Source: Planctomycetota bacterium
GTDB lineage: Bacteria > Planctomycetota > UBA8742 > UBA2392
Direction of reading: 5' to 3'
Length of the DNA stretch: 64,000 bases
Assembly: GCA_020425605.1 (NCBI GenBank)
Contig: JAGQRH010000003.1
Span: 75,011-139,010 of the forward strand
The notes beneath the pieces are model-generated. The model worked only from the letters and a program-made list of their open reading frames with translations. It ran no database searches and was not told the origin of the DNA. The first letter of the stretch is position 1; each line of letters starts with the position of its first letter. A program made the position numbers and the translations under genes. This document shows, one piece after another, positions 26,940 through 36,451 of the stretch.

Positions 26940-27533
26940 TCACACGAGTTGCAGGGCCTGACGGACCAGGTCTTCTGTGCTGGCGGTGGCACCGAGCTTT
27001 TCGGCGGCCTTTGCTACCGCGGCTTCGCTCTTGTTCTGCGGGTAGCCAAGTGCCAGCAGCGCCAGCACGGCGTCGTTACTCCTGCCGGGCATGCGACCTG
27101 ACGTTGCGGCGCGTGGTGCACCGACCCCCCACTTGGCGAAGTCATCCCGCAGCTCAGTCACCATGCGCTCAGCTGTCTTGGGGCCGATGCCTTTGAACTT
27201 CTTCAACGCAACCACGTCGGCCGCCGCGACCAGCTGGATGATCTGGTCCGGGTCGGCCGCGCACATGACGGTGATGGCTGTGGCTGGGCCGATCCCCTTC
27301 ACGGTAATCAGCGCGCGGAACAGGTCGCGCTCGCGGTCCGTGAGAAAGCCGAACAGCTTCTCCTCGCCCTGTTCAGCGTTGATGGTGTGATGCACCAGCA
27401 GCAGCGCCTCGCCGGCTTTGAGTTTGCCGCTGGTGCTGAGAGGCACGGCGATGCGATAGCCGACGCCGCCCGCCTCAAGCACCACCGTGCCCGGCAGCAT
27501 CGAATGAATCTTGCCTCGGATGAACTCGTACAT
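26940..27533 (-). CDS. ruvA: Holliday junction branch-migration complex subunit RuvA
   Basis: MYEFIRGKI....VVLEAGGVGYRIAVPLST...LFGF.....RDLFRALITVKGIGPATA is canonical RuvA. 197 aa. Confidence 0.93.
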   Translation of the reverse strand: MYEFIRGKIHSMLPGTVVLEAGGVGYRIAVPLSTSGKLKAGEALLLVHHTINAEQGEEKLFGFLTDRERDLFRALITVKGIGPATAITVMCAADPDQIIQLVAAADVVALKKFKGIGPKTAERMVTELRDDFAKWGVGAPRAATSGRMPGRSNDAVLALLALGYPQNKSEAAVAKAAEKLGATASTEDLVRQALQLV

Positions 27534-27598
27534 GCCACCGTTTTACAGCCGGGCGCGACATCACCCAAGATGTGCACAACTTGCGGCATCCAAATGCA

Positions 27599-27628
27599 AC
27601 AGGACCCGGAAGGGATTCCGGGTCCTGT
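27599..27628 (-). terminator. hairpin downstream of the Kelch gene
   Basis: 13-bp perfect stem ACAGGACCCGGAA / TTCCGGGTCCTGT with a 4-nt loop, about 100 nt below the stop at 27732. The flanking T-run is weak. Confidence 0.45.
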
Positions 27629-27731
27629 CACTTTGCCGACTCAGCGTGGTGCTCGGCACACTGAGGGCTGCGGTTGTCGTCATGCTCCATTCCACACTCC
27701 TTCCGGCGGCATCTGCCCGACGGTGCAGTTG

Positions 27732-29480
27732 TTATGCGCGGCGCGCCTTGCGAACCGTGCGCAGACCCACGCCGAGGATCACCAGTGCCAGCAGGCTGAG
27801 GCTCAGGCCCTCGCCGGCATTTCCGCCGACGCAACCGGCCGCATTGTCGCCGGCTTCTTTCCCTGCAACCTCGCCCTGACCAACCGGCTCAAGCTTCAGT
27901 TCAACCAGGGTGCGATTGGTACCGTTTGCCAGTGTCACGTCGTCGCTTTCGCTATTGATGACGTCCGCGCTGGAGTTTCCTACATTCTTCGCCGCATCTT
28001 CGGTCCCGTCGCTGCCTGCACCGCCGACCGTGTCGTCAGTCGAGTCGTTGCCTGCACCGCTGACTGTGTCGTCAGTTGCGCCACTTTCAGCACCACTGAT
28101 TGTGTCGTCAGTTGCACCGCTGCCTGCACCAATGCCCGTCCCGTCATTTTCGGGAACTTCCGGGGTTACTTCTTCGGGTGACGCCACGTGGACAAACTCA
28201 CCGTACTTGCTGAATTCCCCAACGGTCAGCTTGCTGAAACCCATCACGCGCCACACGTAGGGAACAGGAACGCGTCGGTCGGTGTCTTGCTGGTCAATCA
28301 GCGTAACCGTAGCGGTAGTACCTTCGATCTCGATCTCACTGGACTTCAGAATCGGACCGCCGTCGGCGCGCTGAATCTCCACCATGTAGTTGGTCGCGCC
28401 CTTGGCTTCGGCCCAGGCAAGTGAGACCTGTTCACCTTCGAGAAGCACTTCGCCGATCGGGCCCAGCAGTTCCGGCGCATCAATCTCGCCATGCAGCAAG
28501 CCCATCGTGGCGTTCTGGATTCGTGACTCGTCCTTTCCTCCGACCATGATGAATTCATCGCGGGATTCGTCGAAAGCTGCGGCGTGCCAGAACCGACCGT
28601 CGGAATCCAGCTCGGCGGCCAGCTGTTTGCAGACGAGAGTATCGAGGTCGATGCTGAGCGTTTCTGTCAGGGTCATGGCCCCGTCGAGTCCACCCTGAAC
28701 AATGATGCGGTGGCGAAGTGGGTCATACGCGGCCGCCGGGTAGCGGCGGGAGTTCGCCGGGCCGTCGGCAAGGGGCAATGTGGCCCAGGTCGGGGTACGA
28801 TTCAGGCTGAGCTCCATCAACGAGCTGTCGTAGCCGCGGAAGACGATCATGCGCTGGCCAATCGGATCATAGATCGCAGCGTCGCCAACCGTGACGGCAC
28901 CGGAGCTGCCGGTGGTCACCAGTGGACCGCCGCCCCATGACTCCTGGCCCTCACTGAGGCTGAGCGCCCAGACATCCTGCAGCACACTGGGGCTGTCGTA
29001 GCCGCCGTGCATAACCACGCGATCGTTCGCCCTGTCAACAATCATCACACCGTGTGACCGCACCGGCGGAAGCACTTCGTCGTCGATGGCCAGCGGCTGC
29101 CACGTTTCCTTTCCCGGCGTCAGGTAGAGCGCGAAGGCATCGTTGGTGTTGCCTTCGGCCGTAGCGCCGCCGAACACAATCATGCGGTCGCGCTTTTCGT
29201 CATAAACGGCCAGCGTTTCCCGGCGGGGCGAAGGCGCAACGCCGTAGGCAAGGATTTCTGCGAAGCCATCCTTGTTGGGGTAGTAGGCAAAGACGCGGTT
29301 CGACAGGGCACCGTCGAGCAGTCCGCCGAAGACGATCATGCGGTCATTGCGGATGTCACGGATCATTGCGTGTTCCGAGATCGCGCCTGGACCATCTGTG
29401 ACCTTCCATGCAGATTCCGCAACAAGCGGGGTGGCCAGCAGAGTCATCAGCAAGAGTGAGGTGTGGATGAGAGTTTTCAT
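27732..29480 (-). CDS. secreted Kelch-repeat beta-propeller protein with FN3/Ig-like domain, acidic Ser/Gly/Thr/Asp linker and Cys-type C-terminal sorting signal
   Basis: Track ORF 27732..29555. ATG at 29480 follows GGAGG (MKTLIHTSLLLMTLLATPLVAES). Repeated ..R.IVFGG.. Kelch blades (DRMIVFGG x2, DRVVMHGG, QRMIVFRG, HRIIVQGG, DEFIMVGG). Tail AGCVGGNAGEGLSLSLLALVILGVGLRTVRKARRA. Confidence 0.9.
   Translation of the reverse strand: MKTLIHTSLLLMTLLATPLVAESAWKVTDGPGAISEHAMIRDIRNDRMIVFGGLLDGALSNRVFAYYPNKDGFAEILAYGVAPSPRRETLAVYDEKRDRMIVFGGATAEGNTNDAFALYLTPGKETWQPLAIDDEVLPPVRSHGVMIVDRANDRVVMHGGYDSPSVLQDVWALSLSEGQESWGGGPLVTTGSSGAVTVGDAAIYDPIGQRMIVFRGYDSSLMELSLNRTPTWATLPLADGPANSRRYPAAAYDPLRHRIIVQGGLDGAMTLTETLSIDLDTLVCKQLAAELDSDGRFWHAAAFDESRDEFIMVGGKDESRIQNATMGLLHGEIDAPELLGPIGEVLLEGEQVSLAWAEAKGATNYMVEIQRADGGPILKSSEIEIEGTTATVTLIDQQDTDRRVPVPYVWRVMGFSKLTVGEFSKYGEFVHVASPEEVTPEVPENDGTGIGAGSGATDDTISGAESGATDDTVSGAGNDSTDDTVGGAGSDGTEDAAKNVGNSSADVINSESDDVTLANGTNRTLVELKLEPVGQGEVAGKEAGDNAAGCVGGNAGEGLSLSLLALVILGVGLRTVRKARRA
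28011..28125 (-). repeat. 36-bp (12-aa) tandem repeat x3 in the Kelch-protein linker
   Basis: GTGTCGTCAGT recurs at 28030, 28066 and 28102 (36-nt period), encoding SGATDDTISGAE / SGATDDTVSGAGND / STDDTVGGAGSD. Confidence 0.7.
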
Positions 29481-29540
29481 GGTAAGCCTCCGGTTTGAGC
29501 AACACACAGACTCTAACACGCCGATTGCACAGCAAAGCCA

Positions 29541-29580
29541 AAATGCACAGTGCATTTAGTGAATTTTTGGCGAATTCACT
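29541..29580. promoter_or_regulatory. palindromes in the AT-rich divergent promoter region
   Basis: AAATGCAC-A-GTGCATTT (29541-29557) is immediately followed by AGTGAATT-N7-AATTCACT (29558-29580). A related AAAATGCATTTT lies at 29697-29708. All sit in the ~330-bp AT-rich spacer between the Kelch gene and gpmI. Confidence 0.3.
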
Positions 29581-29809
29581 TTAGACCTAAACTAAATTTC
29601 GGGCGGTTTCAGCGTGCCGGTTTATATATATCTTCATAATCCATAAGTTCTTATGACTACAAAGTTAATCGATTGCAGCGTTTTAAACATACGGTCAAAA
29701 TGCATTTTACGTGGCCCATGGGACGCCCACTTGCACAATTCTATGCGTAAAGCCTCCAACAGCCCGCCCACACACTGCAGACCGCGCTCTCTGCTGGTAT
29801 TCTGCCCCC

Positions 29810-31354
29810 ATGGCCAAACCAAACCCTGTGCTCCTGGCGATCATGGATGGCTGGGGAATCGCGCCTCCCGGCCCCACAAATGCAATCTCGGCCGCCAACC
29901 CGGAGTTCTTCAACGGGCTCTGGGCGACTGAGCCGCATACGGCCATCGAAGCCAGCGGTGAGGAAGTCGGGCTGCCCGTCGGCCAGTTCGGGAACAGCGA
30001 AGTCGGCCACCTGAACCTCGGCGCGGGGCGAATCGTCTGGCAGGAAATCACCCGCATCAACAAGGACATCCGCGAAGCCCGCTTCGCCAAGAACCCCGCG
30101 CTCGCCAAAGCGCTGGCCGCCGCAAAGCCTGAAAGCGAAGAGGGCGGCTGCATCCATCTGATGGGGCTGGTCAGCGACGGCGGCGTGCACTCGATGGACA
30201 CGCACTACTTCGCCCTGCTCGACTGGCTGAAGGATGCAGGCTTCCCCGGCGAGCGCGTGTTCTTCCACGTCATCACAGACGGCCGCGACACCAACCCCCA
30301 CGGCGCAGTCGAGTACGTCGACAAGCTGATGGAGAAGATGGCCCAGACCGGCATCGGGCGCGTGGCAACCGTGTGCGGCCGCTACTACGCCATGGACCGC
30401 GACAAGCGCTGGGACCGAACGGAAAAGGCCTGGGACGTTTACACACTGGGCGAAGGCGAGATCGTGCCGGACGCGCTGGAGGCCATCCGCGAAAGCTACA
30501 AAGCGGGCGTGACCGACGAGTTCATCACGCCGAAGCTGATCACGGAGCACGGACGTCCGCTAAGCCTGATCCACGATGGGGACGTTGTGCTGTGGTTCAA
30601 CTTCCGCGCCGATCGGGCCCGCCAGTTCTGCTGGGCACTCACCAAAGAGAACTTCGACGGCTTCCGGCGCCGCAAGACGCCCAAGGCAATGCTGGTGACC
30701 ATGACGCCCTACGCCGCCGACATCCCGGCCGAAGTCATGTACGCACCGCAGCAGTTGAAGAACACGCTGGGTGAGTATCTCGCCGGCAAGATGCTGCGCC
30801 AGTTCCGCTGCGCCGAAACCGAGAAGTACGCGCACGTCACTTACTTCTTTAACGGCGGCGCCGAGCAGCCGAACCCGGGCGAAGAACGCGCCCTTGTACA
30901 GTCACCCAAGGTCGCGACCTACGACCTGCAGCCGGAAATGAGCGCCGCCGAAGTCAGCAACAAGGTTGAACAGGCCGTCCGGTCAGGCCGTTTTGACTTC
31001 GTGCTGGTCAACTACGCCAATCCGGACATGACCGGGCATACAGGCGTATTCGAAGCCGCGGTCGCCGGCATCCAGGCCGTAGACAAGGGTCTGAAGCAGA
31101 TCGTCGGTGCGGCCAAAGAGAGCGGTTTCGCCGTTTTGCTCACCGCCGACCACGGTAACGCCGAGGAGATGCAGCTCGGAGACCGCGTCAGTACGCAACA
31201 CAGCCACAACAAGGTGCCGCTTGTGTTGACGGGTCAACACCCGGCGCGCAAACTACGCGACGGCGGCAAGCTTGCCGACGTCGCCCCCACGGTGCTTGAG
31301 CTGATGGGGCTGGATAAGCCGCCCGAGATGACCGGAGAATCGCTACTATCCTGA
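29810..31354 (+). CDS. gpmI: 2,3-bisphosphoglycerate-independent phosphoglycerate mutase
   Basis: Track ORF 29711..31354. ATG at 29810 gives MAKPNPVLLAIMDGWGIAP...GNSEVGHLNLGAGRIV, the canonical iPGM N-terminus. Confidence 0.93.
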   Translation: MAKPNPVLLAIMDGWGIAPPGPTNAISAANPEFFNGLWATEPHTAIEASGEEVGLPVGQFGNSEVGHLNLGAGRIVWQEITRINKDIREARFAKNPALAKALAAAKPESEEGGCIHLMGLVSDGGVHSMDTHYFALLDWLKDAGFPGERVFFHVITDGRDTNPHGAVEYVDKLMEKMAQTGIGRVATVCGRYYAMDRDKRWDRTEKAWDVYTLGEGEIVPDALEAIRESYKAGVTDEFITPKLITEHGRPLSLIHDGDVVLWFNFRADRARQFCWALTKENFDGFRRRKTPKAMLVTMTPYAADIPAEVMYAPQQLKNTLGEYLAGKMLRQFRCAETEKYAHVTYFFNGGAEQPNPGEERALVQSPKVATYDLQPEMSAAEVSNKVEQAVRSGRFDFVLVNYANPDMTGHTGVFEAAVAGIQAVDKGLKQIVGAAKESGFAVLLTADHGNAEEMQLGDRVSTQHSHNKVPLVLTGQHPARKLRDGGKLADVAPTVLELMGLDKPPEMTGESLLS

Positions 31355-31357
31355 CCC

Positions 31358-32632
31358 ATGGCTGACGCCCCCACGATCTCGCTGGACTTCAACAACCTGC
31401 TGGCCGACGCTGTCGGTGAACACGGGCTTACCGCCACGGACATCGCGTCGCAGGACGCACGCATTAAGCAGTACCGGGCGCAACTCGCTTCCGAGCGCGC
31501 GCACGGCCAGCACGCATACATGGGCCTGGCAGATGACGCGGACATGCTGGAAAGCGTGCTGCGTGCAATTCAGCCACGGCTGGGGCGTTTCAAACACCTG
31601 GTGCTGCTTGGCATCGGCGGCAGCGCGCTCGGTCTCAAAGCACTGGTGCAGGCCCTTCGCCCGAACGGCGCCGAGCTGCACGTGGTGGACAACACCGACC
31701 CGACCGTCTTCGCATCCGTACGTGCCGCAATCGACCTGAGGCATAGCCTGTTCGTGCCGGTCAGCAAATCAGGCGGGACGATCGAGACGGTCGCCGCGCT
31801 AGGCTATTTCGCGACGGAACTCAACAAGGCCGGGCTGGCGCTGTCGGAACATGTGTTCGCCGTGACCGACCCCGAGAACGGCTACCTGAGGGCGTTTGCG
31901 GACAAGCATGAGATTGCCACAGCCGATATCCCGCCCGCGGTCGGCGGGCGCTTCAGCGTGCTCAGTGCTGCCGGGCTGGCACCGGCCGCGCTGCTGAACG
32001 TTGATGTCGCGGCATTGCTTGAAGGCGCGAGCAGAACGGCCAAGGCCAGCATAACCGGCGCTTCCGACTGGCCTGCACGGCTGGGGCTGATCGCGGCCGA
32101 CATGTGCCTCCAGTACGGCAAGACATCACTTGTCGTGATGCCCTATAGCTCACGCATGGAGTACGTGTCTGACTGGTTCACGCAACTCTGGGATGAGTCA
32201 CTCGGCAAGGACGGCAAGGGCCAGACCGCCATCCCGGCCGTCGGTGCGACAGACCAGCACGCACAACTGCAGCTGTTCCTGGAAGGGCCGAACGACAAGC
32301 TGATCCTGTTCATCAGGCTGGCTAAGCACACGCCGGACCTAAAGCTGGGCGAGTTTGAGTGGGACTCATTCGGCGCCGGCTATCTCCAGGGCAAGTCACT
32401 GGGCGAGATCATCAACGCGCAGCAGGCTGGCACGGCCCAGGCATGCGCCGAGCGCCAGCGACCGAACGCGACACTGAATCTGCCTGGACTGGATGCCTCG
32501 ACCCTCGGCGAATTGCTGATGGGACTTGAGATTGCCACGACCTACGCCGGGCTGGCGCTGATTGTGAATCCATACGACCAGCCGGCCGTGGAGGCTGGCA
32601 AGCGCATCAGCCGGAAGATGCTGGGGGGGTAG
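31358..32632 (+). CDS. pgi: glucose-6-phosphate isomerase (short bacterial type)
   Basis: ..HLVLLGIGGSALG.., ..VPVSKSGGTIET.., ..QHAQLQLFLEGPND.. are PGI/SIS-domain signatures. 424 aa, starting 4 nt after gpmI. Confidence 0.85.
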   Translation: MADAPTISLDFNNLLADAVGEHGLTATDIASQDARIKQYRAQLASERAHGQHAYMGLADDADMLESVLRAIQPRLGRFKHLVLLGIGGSALGLKALVQALRPNGAELHVVDNTDPTVFASVRAAIDLRHSLFVPVSKSGGTIETVAALGYFATELNKAGLALSEHVFAVTDPENGYLRAFADKHEIATADIPPAVGGRFSVLSAAGLAPAALLNVDVAALLEGASRTAKASITGASDWPARLGLIAADMCLQYGKTSLVVMPYSSRMEYVSDWFTQLWDESLGKDGKGQTAIPAVGATDQHAQLQLFLEGPNDKLILFIRLAKHTPDLKLGEFEWDSFGAGYLQGKSLGEIINAQQAGTAQACAERQRPNATLNLPGLDASTLGELLMGLEIATTYAGLALIVNPYDQPAVEAGKRISRKMLGG

Positions 32633-34471
32633 TTGGCAGAGACAAAGCTGATCACCCGATTGTTCACCGACGAGCGCGTCGAGAAGTTCCGGCGCAACTA
32701 CGTCTGGGTGAACGCCGTGGCCGGGCTGCTGGCGTTTGCCAGCTTCGCACTGTTCCAGGGCGAAGTCCTGCCACGGGAGTGGGAAGGCGGGATCGCGGCC
32801 TTTCAGTCGTTGTGCCTGGTTGCGCTGATCGGTGAGACGCTGGGCGTCTATGTGATGGCACGCAACCTGCGCGAGGGCTGGCGCCACACGGCGCTGGACT
32901 CGCTCGCGCTGCTTGTCGGCGTGTTCATGGGCATCGTGCTGGCCGTCTGTTCGCCACTGATTCTGGGCGTCTTGAACGAACCGTCGACGCTTGCCGCATT
33001 CTCCTATCTGACACAAGCCGGGCTGCTGGCCTTCGTTTCCGCGCGCGTGCTCCGGCTGTTCAGCTTCCTCACCCGGGCGGTCCGCAGTCCACTGGCCGCG
33101 TTCACCGGAAGCTTCGTCGGCATCATCCTGTTCGGCACGGGTTTGCTGCTGTTGCCGGGCGCGACGCAAGAGGGCGTGAACATGCGCTTCATCGACGCGC
33201 TGTTCATGTCGACTTCGGCCACATGCGTCACCGGCCTCGTCACCAACGACATCGGCACCGAGTTCACCCGTTTCGGCCAGCTTGTGATCCTTACGCTGAT
33301 CCAGATCGGCGGGCTCGGCATCATGACCTTCGCCGCCTTCTTCAGCCTGGTGTTCGGTCGCGGCCACGGGGTGCGCGACGCGGCGGCTGTCGGCGAGATG
33401 CTGAACGTGGACTTCGTCGGTCGCGTAGGACGCATGATCGGCTGGATCCTGGGCGTCACCATCGTCAGCGAATCGGTCGGGACGTTCGCGCTGTACGGAC
33501 ACTGGGTCGACAACGCGGGCGCAACGCTGCCCGCCGGCGAGCAGTTGTATTACTCGGCGTTTCACTCCATCAGCGCGTTCTGCAACGCGGGCTTCTCGCT
33601 CTACGGCGACAGCATGGTGCGCTACCAGGGCAACTGGCCGGTGGTCATGAGCATCAGCAGCCTCGTTATCGTGGGCGGACTTGGCTTCATGGTCGTGCTG
33701 GACCTGCTGACTTACCGCATCTGGGCGCACCCGATGGCCCGGCGGATCAACCTGCTGCGGCGCCACGTGAAGAACCAGCAACTGCCGCGACTGAGCCTGC
33801 AGACCAAGATGGTGCTGGTCGCGACGGCTGTGCTGCTGCTCGTGGGCGTCGCGGGCTTCTGGATCCTTGAAGCAGGTAACAGCCTGAAGGACCGCTCCGT
33901 TGGCGATTCGATTCTGATCTCCGTGTTCCAGGGAATGACACCACGAACGGCCGGCTTCAACAGCGTGGACTTCACGGCGCTGCACCCGGCCACGCTCTAC
34001 TTCACGATCCTGCTGATGGTGATCGGCGCCAGCCCCGGCAGTACGGGCGGCGGCCTGAAGACGACGACGATCGTGGTCATGGTGCTTGCGGTCGTAGCGA
34101 CCCTGCGCGGGCGCAGCACGGAGGCGTTCAAGCGGCGCATCCCGGACAGCCTGATTCGCAAGAGCCTGGTCATGCTGGTGCTGGCGCTGGCATTCATCAA
34201 CGCGGCGACGCTGGGGCTGATGCTGTCCGAAAGCCACGGCGCGGCCGGCGGCGCGTTCGGTTTTGAGAAGGTCACCTTCGAGGTGGTGAGCGCCTTTTGC
34301 ACAGTCGGCCTCAGTACGGGAATCACAGCCGAGTTGACCGCGCTGGGAAAGGTCATCATCATCCTGTGCATGTTCGTCGGGCGAGTCGGCCCGCTGACGC
34401 TGGTGCTTGCCATCGGGCGGCGCGGCGGGCGCAGGTTCGAGTACCCTGACGAGACTGTCATGATTGGCTAG
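32633..34471 (+). CDS. trkH: TrkH/KtrB-family potassium uptake membrane subunit
   Basis: Multi-pass membrane protein with the repeated pore motifs SATCVTGL, QIGGLGIMTF, NAGFS and SPGSTGGGLKTTT. The start is TTG directly after the pgi stop and is uncertain. Confidence 0.88.
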   Translation: MAETKLITRLFTDERVEKFRRNYVWVNAVAGLLAFASFALFQGEVLPREWEGGIAAFQSLCLVALIGETLGVYVMARNLREGWRHTALDSLALLVGVFMGIVLAVCSPLILGVLNEPSTLAAFSYLTQAGLLAFVSARVLRLFSFLTRAVRSPLAAFTGSFVGIILFGTGLLLLPGATQEGVNMRFIDALFMSTSATCVTGLVTNDIGTEFTRFGQLVILTLIQIGGLGIMTFAAFFSLVFGRGHGVRDAAAVGEMLNVDFVGRVGRMIGWILGVTIVSESVGTFALYGHWVDNAGATLPAGEQLYYSAFHSISAFCNAGFSLYGDSMVRYQGNWPVVMSISSLVIVGGLGFMVVLDLLTYRIWAHPMARRINLLRRHVKNQQLPRLSLQTKMVLVATAVLLLVGVAGFWILEAGNSLKDRSVGDSILISVFQGMTPRTAGFNSVDFTALHPATLYFTILLMVIGASPGSTGGGLKTTTIVVMVLAVVATLRGRSTEAFKRRIPDSLIRKSLVMLVLALAFINAATLGLMLSESHGAAGGAFGFEKVTFEVVSAFCTVGLSTGITAELTALGKVIIILCMFVGRVGPLTLVLAIGRRGGRRFEYPDETVMIG

Positions 34472-34476
34472 GGGCG

Positions 34477-35157
34477 ATGCTTAAAGTAGCGGTAATCGGG
34501 TTGGGACGTTTCGGCATGGCCCTGGCGGAAAATCTCGCCAAAGAGGGCATTGAAGTCATCGCGATCGACAATGACCCCGAGGTCGTCGACGCGGTCAAAG
34601 ACAAAGTCGCGCTGGCAGTGACGGCCAACGCCTCCGACCTCGAGACACAGCGTTCACTAGGGCTCGGCAAGGTCGACACCGTAGTGGTGGCAATCGGCGA
34701 GAACTTCGAGGCCTGCCAGCTGACCATGCTGGCCGCGCGCGACCTCGACTACCCGCGCGTAATCGCCCGAGCCAACGACCGGGTGAAAGAGACCATCCTG
34801 CGTCGCCTGGGTGCAGACGAAGTCATCCTGCCCGAGGAGCAAGCCGCGCTGAAACTCGCCCAGAAACTCGCCAAGCCCAGCCTGCTGGAGGCCGTGGACA
34901 TCGGCAGCGAGCATTCGTTCGTGCAGGTAAAGGCGCCACACAAGGTGGTCGGCAAGACGCTGCTGGAGTTGCAGCTACGCAAGAACTTCGGCGTTAACCT
35001 CGTGGCCATCCGCAAGCCGGCCGGCGGCGCAGGCCCGGGCGCAGGCGCGGCATCCATCAGCATCCCAGGCCCGGAAACCAAGCCCGACACCGACGACGTG
35101 CTGATGCTCGTCGGTAAGAACCGCGACATCGACCGTTTCATCCGCGAAATGGAATAG
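34477..35157 (+). CDS. trkA: TrkA/KtrA potassium uptake regulatory subunit (RCK N and C domains)
   Basis: MLKVAVIGLGRFGMALAENLAKEGIEVIAID is a Rossmann TrkA-N domain. A C-terminal TrkA-C-like part follows (..LELQLRKNFGVNLVAIRK..). Confidence 0.9.
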   Translation: MLKVAVIGLGRFGMALAENLAKEGIEVIAIDNDPEVVDAVKDKVALAVTANASDLETQRSLGLGKVDTVVVAIGENFEACQLTMLAARDLDYPRVIARANDRVKETILRRLGADEVILPEEQAALKLAQKLAKPSLLEAVDIGSEHSFVQVKAPHKVVGKTLLELQLRKNFGVNLVAIRKPAGGAGPGAGAASISIPGPETKPDTDDVLMLVGKNRDIDRFIREME

Positions 35158-35200
35158 CCCATTTCTTGGTAGATGCCCGCTGAGGGCGTATACTAAGGAC

Positions 35201-35506
35201 ATGGACGGGCAACGCGGCAACATTCCCTACCACTACGGCGACCTGCGGTGCGCCCTGAAGCAACGGCCGCAAACCGCTCAAGCACCCGCCAAGGCCGAAA
35301 AGACAACCGGTGTGATCGCAGTGCCGGTCACGCTAATTGTGTGGTGTGTCCTGCTTCCGTTTCTACTTATCGGAATTCGGTGGCTGGAACACCTGCCGTA
35401 TGAGCCGGGTGTGTGGTTCAGTTACGTATATTCACTCCCGTTCGCGATCCTGCCCATCATCAGTATCCGGAACTTCATCAAGAGCCAACGCGCGAAGTGC
35501 CGATAG
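35201..35506 (+). CDS. small membrane protein, hypothetical
   Basis: ORF track 101 aa with two hydrophobic segments (VIAVPVTLIVWCVLLPFLLIGI, VWFSYVYSLPFAILPIISI). AAGGA lies just upstream. Locally lower GC. Confidence 0.45.
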   Translation: MDGQRGNIPYHYGDLRCALKQRPQTAQAPAKAEKTTGVIAVPVTLIVWCVLLPFLLIGIRWLEHLPYEPGVWFSYVYSLPFAILPIISIRNFIKSQRAKCR

Positions 35507-35539
35507 GCCCCTCTGGCGCACCTTGCGCCGGAGACTCCG

Positions 35540-36451
35540 ATGGGCGGTGGTTCCTGCGAACTTCGACTTCTGCTTGATGCCTATCTCGACTATCTGCGCC
35601 TTGAGTGCGGGCTGGCCGAGAACTCGCTGATTGCCTACCGCCGCGACCTCGAGTTGATGCTCGAGTTCCTGTTCCGGCGCGAGATCTTTGATTCCGCGCA
35701 CGTGCGCCCCGACGACCTGCGGGACTTCCTCGCTACCCAGCGCCACGGCGGCATCGCGGCACGCACCATCGCGCGGCGTGTCAGCGCGATCCGCATGTAC
35801 TTCCGCTTCGTCGGCGTCGAACGCCGCACCGAGCACGATCCCGCCCAGCACCTGCAGCCGCCCAAGCTGGCTCAGCCGCTACCGGACTACATGACGGAAG
35901 AGCAGGTCGACGCGCTACTGAACGCCCCCACCGGCAACCGGCCGCTGATCCTGCGCGACCGCGCCATCCTGCACACCCTGTATGCCACCGGCGCGCGCGT
36001 CAGCGAGGTCTGCGGGCTGACGCTGAACCGCCTGCACCTTGACTCCGGCTACCTGTCCGTGCGCGGCAAGGGCAACAAGGAACGCGTGGTGCCGATCGGC
36101 GCCCGCGCCATCGACAACGTACGCGCCTACATCGAGCGCGGCCGGCCCGAGCTGCTGAAGCGCCCGGTCGACTTCGTCTACGTCAGCAAGTCCGGGCGCC
36201 GCCTGAGCCGTACGCGCGTGTGGGACCTCGTGAAGATCTACGCCCAGTCAGCCGGTCTGCGTGCCAGCGACATCCACCCGCATACCCTGCGGCACTGCTT
36301 TGCCACGCACATGCTGGAGAACGGCGCCGATATTCGCTCGGTGCAGGAGATGCTCGGCCACGTCAGCATCAGCACTACGCAGATCTACACGCACGTAGAC
36401 CAGAAGCGACTGCGCAGCGTGATGCAGCGCTTTCATCCACGGGCCGGCTAG
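35540..36451 (+). CDS. xerD: site-specific tyrosine recombinase XerD/XerC
   Basis: LLLDAYLDYLRLECGLAENSLIAYRRDLELMLEFL (XerD-type N-domain) and HPHTLRHCFATHMLENGADIRSVQEMLGHVSISTTQIYTHV (catalytic R-H-R-Y box). Confidence 0.9.
   Translation: MGGGSCELRLLLDAYLDYLRLECGLAENSLIAYRRDLELMLEFLFRREIFDSAHVRPDDLRDFLATQRHGGIAARTIARRVSAIRMYFRFVGVERRTEHDPAQHLQPPKLAQPLPDYMTEEQVDALLNAPTGNRPLILRDRAILHTLYATGARVSEVCGLTLNRLHLDSGYLSVRGKGNKERVVPIGARAIDNVRAYIERGRPELLKRPVDFVYVSKSGRRLSRTRVWDLVKIYAQSAGLRASDIHPHTLRHCFATHMLENGADIRSVQEMLGHVSISTTQIYTHVDQKRLRSVMQRFHPRAG

Noticed and set aside
26940-27533. ruvA without adjacent ruvB/ruvC, considered as a sign of rearrangement
   Set aside because: Unlinked ruv genes are common in many phyla. 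Nothing in the flanks (no repeats or remnants) suggests a recent disruption.
32396-34237. 613-aa minus-strand ORF over trkH
   Set aside because: It is antisense to a clear TrkH membrane protein. The translation is extremely Arg/His/Gln/Asp-rich and has no hydrophobic core.
35540-36451. Tyrosine recombinase next to a low-GC small ORF, considered as an integrase marking a mobile element
   Set aside because: The N-terminal and catalytic regions match chromosomal XerD/XerC rather than phage integrases. There are no att-like repeats, no tRNA and no phage genes nearby.
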